DNA of 64,000 bases. Source: Thermoplasmata archaeon (lineage in GTDB: Archaea > Thermoplasmatota > Thermoplasmata > RBG-16-68-12 > SOIM01). Position numbers and translations under genes: made by a program. The stretch is from positions 8,578 to 72,577 of the forward strand of contig JAGLME010000004.1 of the NCBI GenBank assembly GCA_023140195.1, written 5' to 3'. Shown here in pieces: positions 57,081-64,000 of this stretch (its first letter is position 1; every line of letters starts with the position of its first letter). The notes below the pieces were generated by a model, which saw only the letters and a list, made by a program, of their open reading frames with translations, was not told the DNA's origin and did not search any database.

Positions 57081-59639
57081 ATGTCTCGCTCGGTCTCCCC
57101 TCTCCTAGTGTTGGTATTCTCGTTTCTCATACTGAACAGTCTGGTGATGGTTGTCAAGGCACCACCTGAGAATTGGGAAGTAACAACCCAGAGGTCGGGA
57201 TATTTTGTTGGGGAGAGAATCGAAGCACGGATGATATACACCTACCCGGGAAACCCGGCTGCCAATTTGACGGTCAAGTTCGAGTGGAAGGATCCGATGG
57301 GAGGGTGGATATTCAACGAAACCAAGGTGATGACGTTGTACTCCAACGACAAGTACGCGGCGGCCTTCAGCAACTGGACTGCCGACATGACTGGGACCGA
57401 CTTCACGGTCATAGGAACTCACGTATCTGAGGCGGAATTCTCCGAGGCTCATTTCGAAGTCTCAACATACGATGAAGTGGCGGTAGTGGAATCGCTCTCA
57501 ATAATCACCAGTCGACCCTTCTACGAGAACAACACTGTCGCCAAAGCAACAACGACAATGGGCTACCTGGGCAATGGAACCAAACTGGGGAACGTGACGG
57601 TCGAATGGCGATACCCCAACAGCACCCTTGCATTTTCAGAGAACGTCACTTCACCGGATGGGGGACCAAACGGAACCTCTGTGGTAAACAGCTTCTGGGC
57701 GGTAGACTTCGCGGGAACTGGCTTCGAGGTGCAGGCCACATACAACGGCGTCCAGCCGCTGACGGACACTGCCACCTTCGACGTGATTCCAGAAAGAGTG
57801 AAGACGTGGAAGAACGCGACCAGCGGGAGTGAAAATTGGACCGCGACCGATAGTCCTTATGGCGTGTGCGACAATATCACTGTCCAGCTAGGTACTACGT
57901 TGACGATCGAAGCCAGTTCAGTGATCAGGTTCTGTCCTGACACCGGGATCATAGTCCGCGGTGCACTGGTAATGGATGGCTCCCCGACCTCCAAGATCAA
58001 CCTGACATCATTCTCTTATCCCAGCAATAGAGGGGATTGGAAAGGTGTGAGCTTTGAACCGGAAAGCGTTGACTCGATATCCTTCGTCAACCAGGTAATC
58101 GTGGAATACTCCCGAATTGGACTTCTATTGAATGAGGCGTCACCGACTGTCACGAACGTATCAGTAGCGAACTCGTCGGTCAGCGGGATAGAGGTCCATC
58201 TTTCATACGTTCATATCGATGGAGTCAGGATTACCGACTCTGGACGCGGCATATACGCTGTTGATTCAACGCTTCAGCTAAGGAATTCGGAGATCCTCCG
58301 ATGCGACGACGGTGTCGCAATGGAGTACTCCAACGGGACACTGCAAGAGAACTGGATCCACCACAACACGAACAGAGGGATCTGGTTGGTAAGCTCCAAT
58401 CCGGGGATTTCGAGCAATACGATCCTGTCTAACACCAATGAAGGAATCAGGATAGACAACTCAATGGACGTTCTCCTGATGGACAACATCATCAGCGGGA
58501 GCACGATCGGGTTCTACGGCTTCCAATCAACCGGTTTGATTCTTCAGGAGAGTTACATTTCCAACGCTGCCTCGGTTGGGATCGCGGCATGGACATCGGA
58601 CGACGTTCTTGTCGAGAACTCGACCATTGCATCCTCGCTGACCAGCATCAGAGTGACGGCGGGATCCGATGTCACCACCTTGAACTGTACATTTGACGAT
58701 AATGCGACGTTCGTCTCCAGCGGATCCAGACTCTATGTCGACAACTACCTTGATGTGAGGGTGATGGACACGATTGGGACTCCTCTGGAGGATGCTTCTG
58801 TCACGCTTACGAAAGATGCTGTTCCGGGGCTGATAGGTTACTCCGGACCAGATGGGTGGCTGAAATGGAACATAGTCAGGTATGAGACGTTCATTGGGCC
58901 AAACCGGACTTTCACACAAGTGGCCTTGGATGTGAATCTCGATGGATACAACATTACCAACAGTCCGAGGGACGTGAACATGTCCGTGAGTCATACAGAG
59001 GACTTCGAAGGTCAACAGGTGGATATCCCGCCTGATGGGGATGGCATTGATGCATTCTTGATGATGATTCTCGGAATCGTGGGAGGTGTCATTGCGGCCC
59101 TAGCTGCGATCCTCTTCATATTGGCATGGCGTCGAAAGAAGAAGGCGGAGGAGCCCGATGAAGAGATCGGCGCTCCCGAGTTCGATCTGGAGGAAGGAAA
59201 AGCGTACATTGTGACTCAAGATGGGCCCAGCAGAGGATTCGAAAAGTTCGTCAGTGAGATTGGAGATGGGGCAAGTGGACTCTGCTTCACGAGAACGTAT
59301 CCCAAGAACCTCGAGAAGAGCTATGACCTGGAGAAGGCGAAGGTTCTCTGGCTGAGCAGGGACCTAGACAAGGGAGGACTCATACCAACTAACCTGGGCC
59401 TCATAACCAACGAGGTGGACAAGTTCCTCGACGAGAACAAAGACGGCAGAAGGCTCATACTACTGGACGGACTGGAATACCTAATCGCCCAGAACGGCTT
59501 CGGAAAGGTCCTCAAATTGTTGAACCATCTACGAGATATGATGGGCGTCAGCAACGGGACGCTCCTCATACCCTTCGACATGAAGAGCGTGGAGGAGAAG
59601 GAGGCCGCCATGCTCAAGGCGGATCTTGAGGTCGTGTAG
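57081..59639 (+). CDS. Receptor-like protein: beta-helix ectodomain, TM, cytoplasmic DUF835 (KaiC-like) domain
   Basis: Signal; beta-helix repeats; TM plus RRKKK; GLCFTRTYP, VLWLS, PTNL, ILLDGLEYLIAQNGF. Confidence 0.85.
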   Translation: MSRSVSPLLVLVFSFLILNSLVMVVKAPPENWEVTTQRSGYFVGERIEARMIYTYPGNPAANLTVKFEWKDPMGGWIFNETKVMTLYSNDKYAAAFSNWTADMTGTDFTVIGTHVSEAEFSEAHFEVSTYDEVAVVESLSIITSRPFYENNTVAKATTTMGYLGNGTKLGNVTVEWRYPNSTLAFSENVTSPDGGPNGTSVVNSFWAVDFAGTGFEVQATYNGVQPLTDTATFDVIPERVKTWKNATSGSENWTATDSPYGVCDNITVQLGTTLTIEASSVIRFCPDTGIIVRGALVMDGSPTSKINLTSFSYPSNRGDWKGVSFEPESVDSISFVNQVIVEYSRIGLLLNEASPTVTNVSVANSSVSGIEVHLSYVHIDGVRITDSGRGIYAVDSTLQLRNSEILRCDDGVAMEYSNGTLQENWIHHNTNRGIWLVSSNPGISSNTILSNTNEGIRIDNSMDVLLMDNIISGSTIGFYGFQSTGLILQESYISNAASVGIAAWTSDDVLVENSTIASSLTSIRVTAGSDVTTLNCTFDDNATFVSSGSRLYVDNYLDVRVMDTIGTPLEDASVTLTKDAVPGLIGYSGPDGWLKWNIVRYETFIGPNRTFTQVALDVNLDGYNITNSPRDVNMSVSHTEDFEGQQVDIPPDGDGIDAFLMMILGIVGGVIAALAAILFILAWRRKKKAEEPDEEIGAPEFDLEEGKAYIVTQDGPSRGFEKFVSEIGDGASGLCFTRTYPKNLEKSYDLEKAKVLWLSRDLDKGGLIPTNLGLITNEVDKFLDENKDGRRLILLDGLEYLIAQNGFGKVLKLLNHLRDMMGVSNGTLLIPFDMKSVEEKEAAMLKADLEVV

Positions 59640-59681
59640 GAGAGCTATTACATTTCAATTGACTTGGGAGTTGCACACTGA

Positions 59682-60356
59682 ATGAAGACCACGGTATTCA
59701 TTTCAATCGATGACACGGATATGGAGGGAGGAGAGGGAACAGGGAGATTGGCCAGGAGAATCGTAAGAGAGCTGGACCTGGACGTGGAAGGGGTCACAAG
59801 GCACCAATTGTTCATCCATCCCACCATCAAGTACACCAAAAGGAACAGCTGCAACGTGATAATGGCCAGGGCTGGTCTGGAGATACGGAATGCGGTGAAG
59901 GAGATAGTGTTGGAGAGGTTTCAAGAGGGTTCTGATCCAGGACTGGCAGTCGGATCGATCATCCCTAGATCCGTTCAGAGGTTCGGCCAGATGGCCCAGG
60001 GTAGGGTCCTTAGCAAACGGGATGCTGTCAAGATGGCTGAGGAAACCGGCATCTACCTGGAGGAACTGGGTGGAACAGGAGACGGTATCATCGGTGCACT
60101 TGCCGGACTGGGGCTGTGCTCGACCGGAGCCGACGGGAGATACGTATTGCTGGAGGGACTGAGGGAATTGCATGGCTCCGTCTCAGTGGAGAGGCTGTCA
60201 GGAATGGGTATCAACACAATTGTGCTGGACAGCGGAAAGAAGGTCCAAGTGGGAACGGTGATGACAGCCGAGAGGGTTCGTCCGAGCAGAGTTGCTGGAA
60301 GGCCACTCCTTTTCGTCAAAGAAGGTGAAGGGGGCTTCTACCCAGTCGTCCTTTGA
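59682..60356 (+). CDS. DDTD-motif protein (stand-alone TiaS N-terminal-like domain)
   Basis: ISIDDTD..GTG, RHQL, YT..NS, GSDPGL, LGGTGDGIIGALAG. Confidence 0.65.
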   Translation: MKTTVFISIDDTDMEGGEGTGRLARRIVRELDLDVEGVTRHQLFIHPTIKYTKRNSCNVIMARAGLEIRNAVKEIVLERFQEGSDPGLAVGSIIPRSVQRFGQMAQGRVLSKRDAVKMAEETGIYLEELGGTGDGIIGALAGLGLCSTGADGRYVLLEGLRELHGSVSVERLSGMGINTIVLDSGKKVQVGTVMTAERVRPSRVAGRPLLFVKEGEGGFYPVVL

Positions 60357-60925
60357 TTCTGCAATCGTCCGAATGCCTTTATCGCGCCGAATGCCAAGAG
60401 GCCGCCTATTGCTCCAAATGTCAAGTGAGTGACCACCGAGTACGTGATCCCCAAGTGGATGAAGAAGACAGGTATCCCGACCATGGAAGCGATGACCAAT
60501 CCGACGAAGAACTTGGCGAAGTTTGCCAGAGCAGCCGCCGCGACCAGCTTGACCGCCCCAGAGTGTGCAGAGCCATTCCAAAGAATCACGTCGATAACGG
60601 CGCCCATGAACAAGTAGCGCGGTATCCCCAGCAGGAAACCTCCGCCCAATCCGAAGAAGGCCATCATGACACCGGATAGACCTCCGATCCCTGTTCCACC
60701 CAGCCTGTTCCGGGATGCGTTCCTTCCCAAAAGCATCAGCGGGATCACGTATAAGGCACTATGTCCCGGGATGTGTAGTGGCACTCGGAAGTAACCCTTT
60801 GCCAGGGCAACGAATAATGAGAATGAAGCAACGACAGCGACCGTGTACAGAACCTGTCCCAAGTATCCATATCTATCGCGGACCGGCGCGTCACTTTCAA
60901 ACACAGATGGTGTTCCCGTCCTCAA
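60338..60925 (-). CDS. ECF-transporter S-component-like membrane protein
   Basis: About 6 TMs, PLHIPGHSAL, HLTFGAIGG. Confidence 0.6.
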   Translation of the reverse strand: MRTGTPSVFESDAPVRDRYGYLGQVLYTVAVVASFSLFVALAKGYFRVPLHIPGHSALYVIPLMLLGRNASRNRLGGTGIGGLSGVMMAFFGLGGGFLLGIPRYLFMGAVIDVILWNGSAHSGAVKLVAAAALANFAKFFVGLVIASMVGIPVFFIHLGITYSVVTHLTFGAIGGLLAFGAIKAFGRLQNQRTTG

Positions 60926-60929
60926 TCCC

Positions 60930-61421
60930 CTACGCTCCTACCCTAATATCAGTAACATCTCTTACTCTATCTTTCTTTTGCGTTTCTGGCGATGTGAACT
61001 TGGTCGTTCCCTTCTTGGTGAAATCCAATATGTATGAGTTGGATTCGTTTGAGATCTCGCCCCACGTGACCGTCCTTTCCTCCCCTGTGAGGTCACTAGT
61101 CAGAGTGATCTCAGTTGAATTGGTCAGCGAGGACTCGTTGACGATCAGGAGCATGACATCCTTCAACCGTGGTCCCTCGTCCGTGGCGCCAGAGCCGAGC
61201 GTGTCCACATAGCTGGTGGTTGGGAGCGTTTCCAGTTCAGACATCCTCACCTTCCCTATCGATTCGCTGCCGGACCAGAACTCGATCTTGTATTCGGTAT
61301 CATCAGTGCTGATGAGGTCGCTCAAGACGAACTCCCATAATGCAAATGCAAGGACTATGATGACGATCGCGGTGACTATGAGCACCACCGGTCGCTTGAG
61401 GCTTTCTGGGTTCTCCGCCAA
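60930..61421 (-). CDS. Membrane-anchored small extracellular protein
   Basis: N-terminal TM; DEGPRLKDV, VRDVTDIRV; co-oriented with the S-component gene, 4 nt apart. Confidence 0.6.
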   Translation of the reverse strand: MAENPESLKRPVVLIVTAIVIIVLAFALWEFVLSDLISTDDTEYKIEFWSGSESIGKVRMSELETLPTTSYVDTLGSGATDEGPRLKDVMLLIVNESSLTNSTEITLTSDLTGEERTVTWGEISNESNSYILDFTKKGTTKFTSPETQKKDRVRDVTDIRVGA

Positions 61422-61577
61422 CCTGATCCTGCTCCTTCGCAGGACATAATCGGATATGCTTACTTGAACATGTCGTCCCTGGACGACCTACAGCCAGAAT
61501 CTCTGTCTGGTCGTAGTTGGTGTGACAATACTACACAAATGATGCAAAAAGCCAGAACAAGATCCATTCTGGAAGAA

Positions 61578-62363
61578 TCATGCACCCCAATTCAGTTCGA
61601 TGCCGCATGCTGGGCAGTTGTCATCGTCGGAAGAGACGTCCGCATTGCATGATGGGCAGGAGAAGGCCTCATTCTGAAGCAGCTCCTCGAGTTCTTCCAG
61701 TCCGGAAGTGTCCTCGGGAGTATAATCCAACTCATCTAGGCCGGAAGTGTCCTTGGGAGTATAATCCAATTCATCCAGGCCGGCGTTCTTGAGCCTATCC
61801 CGCTTCTCCCTCAGAGTGTCCCTCAGAGTCTTGGCCTTTCTAGATGGGGCAGCTTCCTTGGTCCCAGAACGTTTCTTCTTGGCGCGAGTCTTGCGTCTCG
61901 GGAACTCTTCCCTTTTCTTCTTGGGTTTGTTCTTCAGAAAGCCCAATAACGGCTTCTTCTCCGCAGGTGTCTCCTCTTCCAAGAAATCCTCCAGTATGTC
62001 ATCATCATATGGAAGGCCTTCGAAGACGGAATCGGTCTTGTCCGACAGAGCGAGCATTTGCTGCCCGATCTCCCTGAGGTTCTGCTTCATTCCCTCAAGC
62101 TCTTCGCGCTCTTCCATGATTTCTGATTCTTTGCTCTTGAGGCTGACCTCCCAGGCGTCCAGGAATTCGTTTCTCTTGGCGAGTTTCTTTTCTGCCTCGA
62201 CCACCCTGACCTCCCTGGCCTTGAGCTTGTTCTGTACTGACTTGAGCGCCGCTTCCCGTTTCTGAACCCGGGCAATAACTCTGTTGAGGTCTTCCTTTGA
62301 ACGTATTCTGATTCCTTTGGTGGATTGAATAGGATAACCCAACGCGTCACTTGAGGAAGCCAT
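61578..62363 (-). CDS. Coiled-coil protein with C-terminal zinc ribbon
   Basis: Heptad-rich N-half, Lys/Arg patch, CPSC..CPACG. Confidence 0.75.
   Translation of the reverse strand: MASSSDALGYPIQSTKGIRIRSKEDLNRVIARVQKREAALKSVQNKLKAREVRVVEAEKKLAKRNEFLDAWEVSLKSKESEIMEEREELEGMKQNLREIGQQMLALSDKTDSVFEGLPYDDDILEDFLEEETPAEKKPLLGFLKNKPKKKREEFPRRKTRAKKKRSGTKEAAPSRKAKTLRDTLREKRDRLKNAGLDELDYTPKDTSGLDELDYTPEDTSGLEELEELLQNEAFSCPSCNADVSSDDDNCPACGIELNWGA
61702..61779 (-). repeat. 39-bp tandem duplication (GLDELDYTPxDTS x2)
   Basis: 61702-61740 and 61741-61779 are near identical and in frame. Confidence 0.85.
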
Positions 62364-62559
62364 TGCGGAGAATCATAGAATGGGTATTGTAAAAGGGTTT
62401 TTGACAGTTTATCAAAAGTGATAGCCATATACGGAGGCGTTGGGATGATGGAAACGGCAAAATCCAAACAACAAGGAAGTGAGCCATTTCGATCCAAGCC
62501 AGGCCCGCCCCCAAAAACAATTTAAGCAATCATCCCATTGATAAGGCAAGGTGAGGTCG

Positions 62560-64000
62560 ATGCACGATTGGAATGGCCCCGTAAAGAAGCTGGATGATTT
62601 CCGCTACGAGATCCCCCAGAAGTACAAGAACGAGATGAGAACGAGAGGGATAATCTACGCGGACGAGAAGATGATAAGGTCCGTGGTCAAGGACAATGCC
62701 CCAGAGCAGGTTGCGAACGTCGCTACGCTGCCGGGGATAGTGGGCAGTTCGATGGCAATGCCGGACATACACTGGGGGTACGGCTTTCCGATAGGTGGCG
62801 TCGCCGCCTTCGGCATGGATGACGGTGTCGTTTCCCCCGGTGGAGTGGGGTTCGACATCAACTGCGGAGTCAGGATGCTGACCACGAACATGAACGTCAA
62901 CGATGTCACTCCCAAGATCAAGGACCTTGTGAACAAGATGTTCGAGAACGTGCCTTCGGGTGTGGGCTCCAGAGGAAAGATCCACGTGGACAACCAGACG
63001 CTCAGGAGGGTTCTGGAAGAAGGAGCTGGATGGGCCGTCGGCGAAGGGTACGGATGGGAGGGTGACATCGAACACCTGGAGGAGAACGGATGCTACAAGA
63101 TCGCGGACTCGGAGAAGGTCAGCCAGAAGGCCATTGAGAGGGGGAAGCCCCAGCTCGGGAGCCTTGGTGGGGGAAACCACTTCCTGGAGATCCAGAGGGT
63201 GGAGAAGATACTCCAGCCGGATATCGCCAGCAAGTGGGGAGTGACCCATAAGGACCAGGTGGTCGTAATGATCCACACCGGATCCAGGGGCTGCGGTCAC
63301 CAGATCGCGTCAGATTACATCAGGGTCATGGAACGGGCTGGAAAGAAGTATGGCATCAAGCTGTTGGACAGACAACTGGCTTGCGCTCCAGTTCATTCCG
63401 ATGAGGGTCAGGACTACCTGAAGGCGATGGCCTGCGGTGCGAACTATGCGTGGACGAACAGGCAGATGATACTGCACTGGGTCAGGCAGTCCTTCGAGAA
63501 GGTCTTCGACCAACCGGCAGAGGACATGGGTCTCAAGGTCATCTACGATGTGGCTCACAACATAGCGAAGATCGAGGAGCACGAGATAGAGGGAAAGAAG
63601 GTCGAGCTGTGTGTGCACAGGAAGGGGGCGACGAGGGCTTTCGGAAGCGGCAGGAACGAGGTCCCCCAGGATTACCGGGAGACAGGCCAGCCGGTCCTCA
63701 TACCGGGAGACATGGGAACCGCCAGCTACCTGCTGGTCGGGACGGACAAGGCGATGAAGGAATCGTGGGGTTCGACCTGCCACGGGGCCGGGAGGACCAT
63801 GTCAAGGAGGGCCGCGACGAGAAAGTTCAGCGTGGACCAGATCAAGAGCCAATTGAGCCGCAAGGGCATCTATATCCGCGCAGCCAGCAAGGACGGCATA
63901 GTGGAGGAGGCCCCGGATGCATACAAGGACATCGATGACGTGGTAAGGATCGCAGAAGGTGCGGGAATATCCAAGATCGTTGCAAGGATGCGCCCGATGG
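62560..64000 (+). CDS. rtcB: RNA-splicing ligase RtcB (runs off the window end, nearly complete)
   Basis: Hand translation MHDWNGP..., MPDIHWGYGFPIGGV, GFDINCGVR, LGSLGGGNHFLE, HTGSRG, YDVAHN, HRKGATR, STCHGAGR, EEAPDAYKD; 480 codons to the window end. Confidence 0.96.
   Translation, partial: MHDWNGPVKKLDDFRYEIPQKYKNEMRTRGIIYADEKMIRSVVKDNAPEQVANVATLPGIVGSSMAMPDIHWGYGFPIGGVAAFGMDDGVVSPGGVGFDINCGVRMLTTNMNVNDVTPKIKDLVNKMFENVPSGVGSRGKIHVDNQTLRRVLEEGAGWAVGEGYGWEGDIEHLEENGCYKIADSEKVSQKAIERGKPQLGSLGGGNHFLEIQRVEKILQPDIASKWGVTHKDQVVVMIHTGSRGCGHQIASDYIRVMERAGKKYGIKLLDRQLACAPVHSDEGQDYLKAMACGANYAWTNRQMILHWVRQSFEKVFDQPAEDMGLKVIYDVAHNIAKIEEHEIEGKKVELCVHRKGATRAFGSGRNEVPQDYRETGQPVLIPGDMGTASYLLVGTDKAMKESWGSTCHGAGRTMSRRAATRKFSVDQIKSQLSRKGIYIRAASKDGIVEEAPDAYKDIDDVVRIAEGAGISKIVARMRPM

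Noticed and set aside
62530-63938. Several ORF-track calls over the rtcB region, and a possible RtcB intein
   Set aside because: The calls are shadow frames of rtcB, which the track missed because its stop is outside the window. The ~480-codon length leaves no room for an intein.
1-64000. CRISPR array or cas genes to accompany the CARF proteins
   Set aside because: No regularly spaced repeat-spacer pattern or Cas motifs were seen. The repeats found are intragenic or two-copy.
1-64000. Transposase, integrase or provirus
   Set aside because: No recognisable recombinase, transposase or viral structural ORF.

Overview
Archaeal chromosomal window. The gene set (Kae1, Nop5, aIF-5A, RtcB, archaeal promoters, PKD/DUF835 surface proteins) points to a Thermoplasmata-like lineage, which is an inference. 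It is mostly housekeeping and metabolic genes: kae1, malic enzyme, tldD/pmbA, metal transporters, mtnA, nop5-aIF5A-speB, an ABC-2 exporter, a 2-oxoacid:ferredoxin oxidoreductase and rtcB (cut by the window end). It also holds tRNA-Val(CAC) and a ~14 kb island of large surface and receptor-like proteins. The best candidate for an undescribed system is a four-gene minus-strand operon at 37.1-40.0 kb: CARF-wHTH, CARF-wHTH, stand-alone CARF and a PIN-domain RNase. No cas gene, CRISPR array or nucleotide cyclase lies anywhere in the window. Other notable items are a Rab-like GTPase lacking the G3 Gln, a dsrE-tusA-sqr sulfur cassette, a duplication scar of a membrane gene plus tRNA-Val, small zinc-finger ORFs missed by the ORF track, and two structured leader regions. 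All family calls come from motif recognition by eye, and no database searches were run.
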